57,229 bases of DNA from IMG/VR virus record IMGVR_UViG_3300031933_000210; one strand, given 5' to 3'. A program made the position numbers and the translations under genes. This document shows positions 1 through 7,783 of this stretch, piece after piece. Each line of letters opens with the position of its first letter. Position 1 is the stretch's first letter. The notes under the pieces were generated by a model that saw only the letters and a program-made list of their open reading frames with translations, ran no database searches and had not been told where the DNA came from. The stretch is from a virus.

Positions 1-55
1 CTTGCCTGGCGCCACCTACCAGCACGCCGCAGAGGCGGCGGTGATGTACACACTG
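1..55. repeat. 55-bp terminal overlap, identical to 57175..57229 (circular assembly closure)
   Basis: Bases 1-55 (cttgcctggcgccacc...tacacactg) are repeated exactly as the last 55 bases of the window. Confidence 0.95.
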
Positions 56-649
56 GAACGCATCGCACGCCCCGCGCAGACCGAGCAGCGGCCGGTGGAA
101 TGGCAACACAAAAAGCCTACCGTCAATGATTCCGGTGAAATTGTCGGCTATTCGACCTGGACAAACGGTAAAGGTCTTGATTGGTGGCCTCATAGACCAC
201 TCTACGCCGCCCCCATCGCGCAGACCGAGCAGCGGCCGGTGGCGTGGGTCGAGGTGAAAGATCGGCACGAAGGGCCGTATGAGTTCCACGGGATTGAGCT
301 GCTCGATTCAGGTAAGCACAACTTGTACGCCGCCCCCATCGCGCAGCCGTACCCCAATCGCGTCGCGCCTCACATCGACCAGTTCGCTGAGGGTGTGTTC
401 GTCTGGTACGACGAGGCTGCACTGCCGGGTGGCGCCGAGCCAACGCTGCAGGCCGCCCAGCAAGCGATGGCAGCCTACGGCGAAAGTCTGAACGGACCTG
501 ACAACGGCGGCGTCTGTCAGACGTGCGGCGGTGATCTGGTCGGTGATGGATATTCAACCATCCGCCACTGCGAAAACCTCGACGTGATCGGTGAAGGCTA
601 CGAGCCTGACGCCGGTCCCCTACATTGCCAGGAGCCCACCAATGGCTGA
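1..649 (+). CDS. hypothetical protein, C-terminal part of a CDS that wraps the circular junction (N-terminal part at 56885..57229)
   Basis: The frame of ORF 2..649 is continuous with the ATG at 56885 once the 55-bp overlap is collapsed. It has repeated YAAPIAQ(TEQRPV) blocks and a C-terminal Cys cluster. Stop TGA at 647-649. Confidence 0.6.
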   Translation, partial: LPGATYQHAAEAAVMYTLERIARPAQTEQRPVEWQHKKPTVNDSGEIVGYSTWTNGKGLDWWPHRPLYAAPIAQTEQRPVAWVEVKDRHEGPYEFHGIELLDSGKHNLYAAPIAQPYPNRVAPHIDQFAEGVFVWYDEAALPGGAEPTLQAAQQAMAAYGESLNGPDNGGVCQTCGGDLVGDGYSTIRHCENLDVIGEGYEPDAGPLHCQEPTNG

Positions 650-869
650 CGAATACATCTACGACGTACACCACGTCGCCCGCGACACCGACCGAAGCCT
701 GATCTGCCGCTGCCCACACTGCCAGGACATCATCGGCATCGACGGCGACGACCTTGAGGATGTCCAAGGGGAACAGTACACCTGCCGCTGCGGAGGCTGG
801 TTCCAGATCGACTATAGCGCCCGTCGTATCAAGGGTGAGCTGCCACCGAACAAGGGGATTCCAGGCTAA
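642..869 (+). CDS. small Cys-rich (zinc-ribbon-like) hypothetical protein
   Basis: The ATG at 642 overlaps the upstream stop (ATGGCTGA). CRCPHC...CRC motif. 75 aa. Confidence 0.55.
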   Translation: MADEYIYDVHHVARDTDRSLICRCPHCQDIIGIDGDDLEDVQGEQYTCRCGGWFQIDYSARRIKGELPPNKGIPG

Positions 870-882
870 GCGTGGTTGCCAA

Positions 883-899
883 TTCAACTGATGGTTGAA
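883..899. promoter_or_regulatory. TTCAACC-family motif, palindromic form (TTCAACTGATGGTTGAA)
   Basis: Perfect TTCAAC/GTTGAA inverted repeat, 45 nt upstream of the CDS at 944. Confidence 0.7.
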
Positions 900-943
900 T
901 ATACTGCGCCAACTGCAATTTCGTACTTGGGGTTCAAGCCGTA

Positions 944-1219
944 ATGAACACGCTGTTTCTGCTGATGGCTCAGTACAACGGACTCGCCGTCATCCCGCTC
1001 GACCGAGTGTGCGAGGATTACTTCCGTCACCTCACCGTCGACCAGTTCCAGCGCAAGGCGAACGCCGGCACCATCCAGATTCCGATCACCCGGATGGAAG
1101 CCGGCACGCAGAAGAGTGCCAAGGGAATCTTCCTCACCGACCTGGCCAAGTACATCGACGAGCGTCACGCGGCGGCGGTGAAGGAAGAGGCCCAGCTAAA
1201 CGGCCGCCGCCTTCGCTGA
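944..1219 (+). CDS. PrtN-family (pyocin-activator-like) DNA-binding protein, possible excisionase/recombination directionality factor
   Basis: MNTLFLLMAQY..AVIPLDRV..DYF.HLT...F..K...G.I.IP..RME resembles the PrtN family as I recall it. It is convergent with the integrase and overlaps its 3' end. Confidence 0.55.
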   Translation: MNTLFLLMAQYNGLAVIPLDRVCEDYFRHLTVDQFQRKANAGTIQIPITRMEAGTQKSAKGIFLTDLAKYIDERHAAAVKEEAQLNGRRLR

Positions 1220-2350
1220 CCTCTTCTTGCGGTCCACCCACTCGCCGAACACCGCTTTCGCCTCCAACACCTTCGGCAGCCATTGCCAGCCCGCGTACTT
1301 ATCACCCCGTCCGTGCAAGTGGGTGTAGCGCCGCATCGAGTTCCAGTTGCGGTGACCGGACACCGACGCAACGCGCGGGATATCCCAGTCCATCTCGAAC
1401 AGTCGGCTCACGCCCTCATGGCGAAGATCGTGAAAGTTCAGGTCCTCAATCAGCGCCATCTTGCACCCGCGAATCCAAGCCCCCTGAATGGCGTCGACCG
1501 TGTAGGGGAAAATCTCATCGTAGACCCGCGGCATGCTATGGATGATTGCCCACGCCTCGTCCGGAAGGTGGCACCACACGTTGTTGCCCCACTTGTCACC
1601 AGGGTTCTTCATGTCACGCACCAGCACGGCCTGGCGCTTCTCGTCCAGATCGGACCACCGGATGCGGACGATCTCCTCCTGCCGGCGAGTGCTGAACAGC
1701 GCGAAAGCTACGATCTTCGCCATGGGCATAGAGCTGGGCCGGGAAGCATGGCTGCGGCAGAACATCGTCATCAACCGGTCAAGCTCGTCCAGCTCCGGCC
1801 GGCGATCGCGCTCCCGACTCTTCATCTTGTAACCGAGCCCCTTCAGCACCATCCTGGCGCGCATCATCACGGTGGGGTCGATCTCGTAGCCCCAGGCGGC
1901 ATTAGCGAGTGACAGGACGGAACCGAGGTGGGCCAGGTCATTACCCGCCGTCTGCGGCTTCACGGCGCCACCCTCCTCCTCCATCCGCCAAAGGGCGTAG
2001 TCAACGAGCGCCTGACTGGTGATCTCCACGTCAGTGAGCTGACCGAGGTAGCTCCGGCCGATCCAGCGCAGCGTCGCTTCCTTCGTTTTACCGAGCGGCC
2101 TGGCTTTACCAACTTCCTCCAGATACTGCTCGATGATGTCCGAGAGCGTCGTGGTCGAAGTCTTCATCCGCTCGATCGCACCAGGAGCATTCAGCTCCGT
2201 CTCGCGGCGCTTCGCCCAGACCTCGGCGGCCTTCTTTCGCTCGAAGCTCTGGCTCTCCTGATAGACTTGCACCCCGTCCTTGTTGATCCGAATTTGGGCG
2301 GTGTACATCACCTTCCCATCCCGGTTCTTGCGCGTTCTGATCGTGGCCAT
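1196..2350 (-). CDS. int: tyrosine recombinase / phage integrase
   Basis: C-terminal HDLRHEGVSRL...VSGHRNWNSMRRYTHL (R..HxxR..Y catalytic signature). Start chosen at MATIRTRKN (ATG 2350). Confidence 0.9.
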   Translation of the reverse strand: MATIRTRKNRDGKVMYTAQIRINKDGVQVYQESQSFERKKAAEVWAKRRETELNAPGAIERMKTSTTTLSDIIEQYLEEVGKARPLGKTKEATLRWIGRSYLGQLTDVEITSQALVDYALWRMEEEGGAVKPQTAGNDLAHLGSVLSLANAAWGYEIDPTVMMRARMVLKGLGYKMKSRERDRRPELDELDRLMTMFCRSHASRPSSMPMAKIVAFALFSTRRQEEIVRIRWSDLDEKRQAVLVRDMKNPGDKWGNNVWCHLPDEAWAIIHSMPRVYDEIFPYTVDAIQGAWIRGCKMALIEDLNFHDLRHEGVSRLFEMDWDIPRVASVSGHRNWNSMRRYTHLHGRGDKYAGWQWLPKVLEAKAVFGEWVDRKKRSAKAAAV

Positions 2351-2700
2351 GTTGGTAACCCTCGTCCCTAATTGGTAAAAATTTCCACCACCTCGGTAAA
2401 TTTTACCAAGCAGAATCAGAAATGCACAGGATTCCACTGGTAAGTTGGGATATTCAACTAAAATACAACCGATGTCAATTTGATGAAAACTGCCTCAACA
2501 CCAGCAACCACGCGGCCTGCAGTAGATCGGCGGTTTAGTATTGCACCCATGATGGATTGTCGCGCTAATTCTTAGAAGCCCCGTCATCCGTAGCCTGTAG
2601 CGCACCCCCTCGTTTCGTTTACCAAATTCTTACCAATCAGGAATCCACCGGAATTCGTCGATTCTGAACGACCTGGGCATTGCGTGCGCTTAGCGATTCA
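2351..2700. other. candidate attP region with arm-type repeats
   Basis: Non-coding stretch next to int. It has seven TTGGTAA/TTACCAA-type repeats in both orientations (2352, 2372, 2394, 2402, 2447, 2618, 2629). The core site was not identified. Confidence 0.4.
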
Positions 2701-2733
2701 ACTATAAGTTGCATAACGTGCCATCAGTTGAAT
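2697..2733 (+). promoter_or_regulatory. TTCAACC-family motif, degenerate pair (TTCAACTATAAGTTGCA ... CAGTTGAA)
   Basis: Lies upstream of the GGAGG Shine-Dalgarno sequence and the ATG at 2752. Confidence 0.5.
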
Positions 2734-2751
2734 ATCGAAACGGAGGCGAAT

Positions 2752-2964
2752 ATGCCCTGTCCTGCCCCAACCCGGAACCGGATCGGTGATCTCGAATGCC
2801 CTGCATGCGGGCTTTCGTGGGAGCCCTGGGACGGTAGGCCCTACTGCAGTGGGGGTAAGCGCGAGCGTTCGCGTGAAGTGGCCGCCCGTGAGCTGGGAAA
2901 AATCCGATCAATTCTCCGGGCCACCGAAGCAACCCGCGCGCTTGACCATTCAACTATTGGTTGA
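2752..2964 (+). CDS. small hypothetical protein (CPxP...CPAC)
   Basis: GGAGG lies 6 nt upstream of the ATG at 2752. 70 aa. Confidence 0.45.
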   Translation: MPCPAPTRNRIGDLECPACGLSWEPWDGRPYCSGGKRERSREVAARELGKIRSILRATEATRALDHSTIG

Positions 2965-2986
2965 TTAGGATAGCCATCAGGTTGAT
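2949..2986 (+). promoter_or_regulatory. TTCAACC-family motif (TTCAACTATTGGTTGAT plus CCATCAGGTTGAT)
   Basis: Intergenic, upstream of the CDS at 3011. Overlaps the last codons of the preceding CDS. Confidence 0.6.
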
Positions 2987-3010
2987 AGCACCAAGTCATA
3001 GGAGTGACGA

Positions 3011-3265
3011 ATGAAGCTGCAATCGATGTACACCTGTCGGTCCAACCTAGGCACGGTCCGCGAACCGCTGCGCACCTTCTGCGAGATCGCCACCGCCCTG
3101 GGCATGACTCGACTCCAGCTGCAGGGACACATGTCGGCGTCGAAGGTCGCGATACCCAAGCCGGCGCTCACCACGGGTGGTCGGAAGAACTACTACCGCT
3201 TCAGCGAGTTCCGTCAGTGGTGGGCCGAGTACCAGGGCGCCGAGCCGGAGGTGGCCCATGTCTAG
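3011..3265 (+). CDS. hypothetical protein, possible HTH
   Basis: AGGAG Shine-Dalgarno sequence at 3000-3004. 84 aa. Confidence 0.5.
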   Translation: MKLQSMYTCRSNLGTVREPLRTFCEIATALGMTRLQLQGHMSASKVAIPKPALTTGGRKNYYRFSEFRQWWAEYQGAEPEVAHV

Positions 3266-3467
3266 GCTTCGACGCAACGACAGCGTTACCCGCGTCGTCG
3301 AGTTCGCGGCGACCCTGGGCTACGTTCATCAGTGGACCGGTGGCGGGCACCTGAAATTCTCGAAGCCCGGTCGCCGGCCGGTGTTCTTCGGCGGATCACC
3401 GAGCGACCGTCGTGCTCACAAGAACGCGATCTCGAATCTGAAGAAGTCCGATCGAGGTGTGCTGTGA
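3258..3467 (+). CDS. HicA/YcfA-like fold protein (possible mRNA interferase), no partner recognised
   Basis: GGGHLKFSKPGRRPVFFGGSPSDRRAHKNAISNLKK resembles the GSH.kf..pg...v..p.H core of HicA. The ATG overlaps the upstream stop. Confidence 0.4.
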   Translation: MSRLRRNDSVTRVVEFAATLGYVHQWTGGGHLKFSKPGRRPVFFGGSPSDRRAHKNAISNLKKSDRGVL

Positions 3468-3808
3468 AGGTCGGGGTCTGCCCATGGTGCAAGGGTGAAA
3501 CCTGGCAGGAGCATGTGTACATCGACCTTGGTCACAGCTTACCGGTCGAGCCGGAGAACTGCCCGGGCTGCATCAGCCATGCGAGCGACTGGCGATACGG
3601 CATCCCGCAGGCCACGGAAGAAGAGATGGTCACCGGCTGGCACCGCCCGTTGGACGAATACCCCGAGTACCTGGACATGAGCCCGTGGGCTTACGGGCCG
3701 CCGCTCGAACCGAGCGAGGTATTCTGTTGGTCGACTGAATCTAGTGAGGAAGGCCCTAGTGTATCCACCTTGCCGTCTATTGCCGGTTTGGGCAAAGGCC
3801 CGATCTGA
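3464..3808 (+). CDS. hypothetical Cys-rich protein
   Basis: GTG start overlapping the upstream TGA (GTGA). CPWC...CPGC motifs. Confidence 0.5.
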   Translation: MKVGVCPWCKGETWQEHVYIDLGHSLPVEPENCPGCISHASDWRYGIPQATEEEMVTGWHRPLDEYPEYLDMSPWAYGPPLEPSEVFCWSTESSEEGPSVSTLPSIAGLGKGPI

Positions 3809-3885
3809 GGCGGGGGTGGATACAACATGTCATCTTGGCGTGTGATGGAATTTAGGTATCAAGCCTCAGGGGGGCGCTCGACTCC

Positions 3886-4209
3886 CTACTTGTTGCAGCT
3901 ATCCGGGCAATAGATGCAAATGCCTAGGGCCACGTTCCCATGATCAACCCGGGCCTCCAAGCGAAACCCGGAGTCTCCCGGGGACAGATTATCTTCTCGT
4001 GGGTGGTATTCGCCGTTCTCGTCAATGTAATGAACGTGGAATCCATCAGGGAGGTCGTAACCTCGCGATCGGATGTATTCCTCGGGGGCACTGTCAAACT
4101 TCTTGAGCGCTTCTGCATCCCCCTTGAACTCACTCAAGAACTGCGGCACCCACGCCAACTCGGATTCCTGAAGTGCCTTTGCCGCATTCATCAGACCTTG
4201 GCTTTCCAT
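3886..4209 (-). CDS. moron-encoded hypothetical protein with a C-terminal Cys-rich tail
   Basis: Visibly lower-GC island at 3810-4320. Start chosen at MESQGLMN. Ends GICIYCPDSCNK. Confidence 0.5.
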   Translation of the reverse strand: MESQGLMNAAKALQESELAWVPQFLSEFKGDAEALKKFDSAPEEYIRSRGYDLPDGFHVHYIDENGEYHPREDNLSPGDSGFRLEARVDHGNVALGICIYCPDSCNK

Positions 4210-4320
4210 AATGTCACCCTCTCGTATGTCGTCGACTTGCCGGCGCGACCACAGAGCCCACTGCATACTCAGCGTAGCCAATTAGTCGCAAGTGACTTCA
4301 ATATCTAAGGAAGCGGAAAA

Positions 4321-4608
4321 TCAGCTCCTGACTTCCCTTCCCAACCTGCGGCTGTGCCGACGACGACGGTCGGCTACGGCCAGCAGCGCCACACCTGTCA
4401 CCAGCAACAACTCCGCGTTCGTCGGAGCGCGCCCCAGGTAGCCGGGCGCCAGCAGCGCTGCAGCAGCCCCGACACCGATCAGAATGAACGCCAGGCGGAT
4501 CGCCAGTGGGGTCTTGCGACTCATGTGGTTGGTCGCGCAGATCGACGACCAGAGCGCCACGATGGCCGCGGCAGAGTTGAATAGGATCAGGGCGGAATCC
4601 AATGTCAT
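4321..4608 (-). CDS. small membrane protein (holin/antiholin-like)
   Basis: Three hydrophobic segments and a basic C-terminus. ATGA overlap with the upstream membrane protein. Confidence 0.5.
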   Translation of the reverse strand: MTLDSALILFNSAAAIVALWSSICATNHMSRKTPLAIRLAFILIGVGAAAALLAPGYLGRAPTNAELLLVTGVALLAVADRRRRHSRRLGREVRS

Positions 4609-4970
4609 GGCTGGGGCTCCCCGATGGTTTCAGCCTTCTTCTGTGCTCGTTTGATCGCGATCGGGATCAGGAATTGCGCGGCCAGGCCCAGGCAAAACGC
4701 CGAGAAGACGAGCGAGGCAAGCATGTCGATCCCGGACAGCATCGAGGCAAGGTAGTGAGCTGCGATCGGGGCGGTGTAGCCCGCGGTGAGAGTGGCGGTG
4801 ACCGGCGTCCAGATTCGACGCCAGATGCCCATGGGAGGGAGGAACGAGAGAGAGACCAGGCCGCCGGCAAAGCCCGCGAGAAGGACTTCGTAACTCAGAC
4901 CGGTGGCGATCCCCCACAAGGTGATCGAGGTTGCCACCAGGGCATTGGTGGCTTGGGTGGTTCGCTCCAT
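4605..4970 (-). CDS. membrane protein (holin-like)
   Basis: Multiple predicted transmembrane segments and a charged C-terminus (KRAQKKAE). Last gene of the virion operon. The start is uncertain (4970 or 4991). Confidence 0.5.
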   Translation of the reverse strand: MERTTQATNALVATSITLWGIATGLSYEVLLAGFAGGLVSLSFLPPMGIWRRIWTPVTATLTAGYTAPIAAHYLASMLSGIDMLASLVFSAFCLGLAAQFLIPIAIKRAQKKAETIGEPQP

Positions 4971-5050
4971 AGGGCAGTCTCGGCAGCTCACGCTTCAGTT
5001 GCCCGAAGGTTACCGGACTGAACAATCCGGTTCACCCGATTATTGAATTG

Positions 5051-5066
5051 TCAACTGACAGTTGGA
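5051..5066. promoter_or_regulatory. degenerate TTCAACC-family palindrome (TCAACTGACAGTTGGA)
   Basis: Lies between the tail-module end and the holin-like gene. Confidence 0.4.
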
Positions 5067-5306
5067 TCAGACGTAGAACGTCGGCGCCTGCTCGGCCGCG
5101 CTCACAACCTGACTGATCATGCCGGTCTGGAGGATCACCCGCTGGCCAACCAAGGGTGTCAGACCTGGCGCCGCTGGGTACGAGCGGGTCCCCTTCTTCG
5201 TCGCGACCGAATACTGCCCGGCCGACGCTGCTGTGACCAATCCGGTGATGTTGGCTGTCGATGGCGCCAGCAGATCACGGAGCGCTGCGAGGGCTTGGTT
5301 GATCAT
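5067..5306 (-). CDS. hypothetical virion-module protein
   Basis: ORF with a 4-nt overlap to the upstream gene. Confidence 0.55.
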   Translation of the reverse strand: MINQALAALRDLLAPSTANITGLVTAASAGQYSVATKKGTRSYPAAPGLTPLVGQRVILQTGMISQVVSAAEQAPTFYV

Positions 5307-5605
5307 GCGGGCTTCCTCAGCATGGTGATTTCCAGCAGCACGCTCACGCCGCGGACCTTGTAGGCCACACCGACCAGCTTGCCGTAATAAGTCTCGCCCT
5401 GCAGGCTGTCGTGTACCTCGGCGAGCTGCCCGGTCCTCACGCCGCCGCGGTATCGACAGGTGAGCTGGACCTTCTGCAGCCCGCTGGCCTTGTCGATCTC
5501 CGCGCGCCCGCGCTCAAGCAGCACCAGCGGCGTCGACATGAGCGGATCGACGATGTCCGCGCCCTGGCTCAGACCCTCCCCACGCTGCACATAGGCTTCA
5601 GGCAT
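5303..5605 (-). CDS. hypothetical virion-module protein
   Basis: Tightly packed ORF in the tail operon. Confidence 0.55.
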   Translation of the reverse strand: MPEAYVQRGEGLSQGADIVDPLMSTPLVLLERGRAEIDKASGLQKVQLTCRYRGGVRTGQLAEVHDSLQGETYYGKLVGVAYKVRGVSVLLEITMLRKPA

Positions 5606-5606
5606 G

Positions 5607-6104
5607 TCAGTCTCCGGTGATCAGGACGGCGATGCTGAAGGAGTCCCGCCCGTTGATTTCAGCCGGCGAGTTCAGCCGCCAGATATCGAACTTGGTGGTG
5701 TACCGGACGATGGCCACCCCGACGCCTTGGCTTGCCGCCCGGATCGCCTGCCCGCCGCCGGCAGAGATCGGCCCGAGCTGGTTACCCAGCCACTCGAAGC
5801 TGTCGAGGGTATGGATGGGGTACTGGACGTTGCCGTCGACCACATCGAGGAAGGTGACCATCTCCTCCACCTGCCGTTGACCACTGCCGACGCGCGACAC
5901 GGTTCCAGCGCTGGGGCGGTGCTCGGTATTCAGGACCTTGTGCTTGTAGATCAGGTACGCCACGGAGTCGCCCGGCATGAACTGCGTGCGACCGTTATTC
6001 AGGCCACCTTCGACAGTCGGGCGCGTGTCGATTTCAGCCATCAGAATTGCGTCGTCCTGCGCGGCCTGGCCGAACGCGACAACGATGGAAGCGGTGACTG
6101 CCAT
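5607..6104 (-). CDS. hypothetical virion-module protein
   Basis: Start overlaps the upstream stop by 1 nt. Confidence 0.6.
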   Translation of the reverse strand: MAVTASIVVAFGQAAQDDAILMAEIDTRPTVEGGLNNGRTQFMPGDSVAYLIYKHKVLNTEHRPSAGTVSRVGSGQRQVEEMVTFLDVVDGNVQYPIHTLDSFEWLGNQLGPISAGGGQAIRAASQGVGVAIVRYTTKFDIWRLNSPAEINGRDSFSIAVLITGD

Positions 6105-7702
6105 TACAGCTCCTCAACCAGGAATTGAGCCATGCCTTCGGCGGCATATTCGGCGTTGTAGACGATCGCTTTCGTCCGGTAGCGGATGCGCAGCAGGCTG
6201 TAGCCACCCGCGCCGGCCGCACTGATCTCGTTGGTATACGGGGCCGCGGACACGCCGCCCAGATTGCGATCCAGCCACTCGGTTTCGAGGATGGCGTCGA
6301 TCGGGTACTGCGTATTGCCGGTCCCCTGGCGAATCTCGATGGTCTCCTCCTCCTCGCGGGTGACGATGCCGACCGGGCCGAGCACCACACCGCTACGGGT
6401 CGAGGTGACGGCCAGATTGGTGCGCCAGTTGCCCGGGTAGACCAGCAGCCTGCCGCGGTGAGCATCGCCCTCCTCCGGCGCCCACTCGACGCGATCACTG
6501 CTTGCCGTGGCCGCGGCATCGGTGAGGTAAAAGCGATCGAACACGGCAGCCGCGACGACGCCTTCCCGAACCGACAGGTTGTCCGCGGCATCGGTGAAGA
6601 CGTGATCGGAGGGCTCCTTGCCCCAATTGGGCACCGACACCGGGAACGCCGGCCGGATCAGCAGCGAGCCGTCCTGCTTCGCCTCGGCCACGCCGCCGGC
6701 AGCTTGAGCTACCTGCTGAATCACACCGATCGGCGATGCGTTGCTGACGCCCAGCCGGTGAGCCGGGATGAGCCAGTCGATGATCTGCCAGTCCACCGGG
6801 ATATCGCCGGCCAACTCGCGCACCACGTCGCTAGCATTAACCGGCGCAGTCCAGGTCTTGGTGATCTCGGCAGCCCGGTCAGGGCCACTGTCGAGCATTG
6901 CAACCGGCGAGACGCCAGAGATGACCATGCTCACGCCGGCCGGCCGGTCCCGGCTCAGCGACTTCGAGTCGACGATGAACTCATACCGGTCGCCGAACAG
7001 CACCACCGTGAACGGATCGTTGCGCCGGAAGGCTTGGTAATCGCCGACCTGCGCCAGCTCGATGCTCGATGTCCAGGCGAAACCGCCCTCGTCGAACGCC
7101 AGGTCGGCGCCGGAAATTGCGATCTGCCGCCCGCCCATCTCGACGTGCGGATTGCCGGAGATATTGATGACTGAGGATGCCTCTGCGTCGAAGGACGCGC
7201 GGTGCTGAGTCGCCACCGGCACATAGGCAAGCAGGTCAAACGTCGCGTCGTGCTCGACGGCAACCGGGACGGAAGACGACCACGGCGCGACGTGCTGAGC
7301 GGATACAGCGTGGGCCGCCCGCCAGCTCGTCTCGTGCTGGGTGACGACACGGGTAGCCCACATCGCCTCGTGTTGGGCCGACACCGGCTGCCGTAGCTGC
7401 AGGTCTAGCTCGGCCTCGTGTTGCGCCTGCAGGCGAGCGACCAGCGTGAACTCGGCCGCGTGATAAACCGGAGCGATGCGGCTGCCGAAAGGTGCAGCAT
7501 GCGCAACCAAGACGCGCAACCCCCAACGGGACTCATGCTGCTGGCGAACCTTCGGCCCAATCTCGAAGGGTGCATCGTGCTGCGCAGCGATCAGCTCACG
7601 CAGCGAAAAGGATGAGTCGAACTCTGCGACGACACGGCCACCGCCATCGGCGGTTGCTTCGTTCAGACCTACCTCATTGAGGCCGTGTCGGTTCAGTTCC
7701 AT
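6104..7702 (-). CDS. tail/baseplate-associated protein with an N-terminal H-x-[AST]-x-[WF] repeat array
   Basis: 532 aa. About 11 repeats (AAQHDAPF, QQHESRW, AQHEAMW, TQHETSW, AQHVAPW, ...) in residues 35-200. Confidence 0.6.
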   Translation of the reverse strand: MELNRHGLNEVGLNEATADGGGRVVAEFDSSFSLRELIAAQHDAPFEIGPKVRQQHESRWGLRVLVAHAAPFGSRIAPVYHAAEFTLVARLQAQHEAELDLQLRQPVSAQHEAMWATRVVTQHETSWRAAHAVSAQHVAPWSSSVPVAVEHDATFDLLAYVPVATQHRASFDAEASSVINISGNPHVEMGGRQIAISGADLAFDEGGFAWTSSIELAQVGDYQAFRRNDPFTVVLFGDRYEFIVDSKSLSRDRPAGVSMVISGVSPVAMLDSGPDRAAEITKTWTAPVNASDVVRELAGDIPVDWQIIDWLIPAHRLGVSNASPIGVIQQVAQAAGGVAEAKQDGSLLIRPAFPVSVPNWGKEPSDHVFTDAADNLSVREGVVAAAVFDRFYLTDAAATASSDRVEWAPEEGDAHRGRLLVYPGNWRTNLAVTSTRSGVVLGPVGIVTREEEETIEIRQGTGNTQYPIDAILETEWLDRNLGGVSAAPYTNEISAAGAGGYSLLRIRYRTKAIVYNAEYAAEGMAQFLVEEL

Positions 7703-7783
7703 GTCCGCTTCTCAAAGGGAGTCGGCAAACGCCGATCATTGTTCTGGCAGAAAGCCCCCGATGCTGGGGGCTTTAGGTGCGAA

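Noticed and set aside
1-55. The 55-bp terminal repeat as a biological DTR or cos end
   Set aside because: A short, exact repeat that falls inside an uninterrupted coding frame is more simply explained as an assembler k-mer overlap on a circular template. The lambda-type terminase suggests cos ends located elsewhere.
6125-7174. Long antisense or alternative-frame ORFs across the structural and replication regions. Examples are 6125..7174, 15211..16377, 18271..19245, 20176..21126, 23070..24620, 25767..27155, 27659..28780, 33703..34854, 35298..36650 and 38769..39728
   Set aside because: These are typical high-GC shadow ORFs. They lie opposite or out of frame with genes that carry clear family motifs. 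Their translations are dominated by Arg/Gly/Pro/His/Leu runs, and they lack Shine-Dalgarno sequences. The only alternative-frame ORF I kept is 30665..31615, for the specific reasons given in the first finding.
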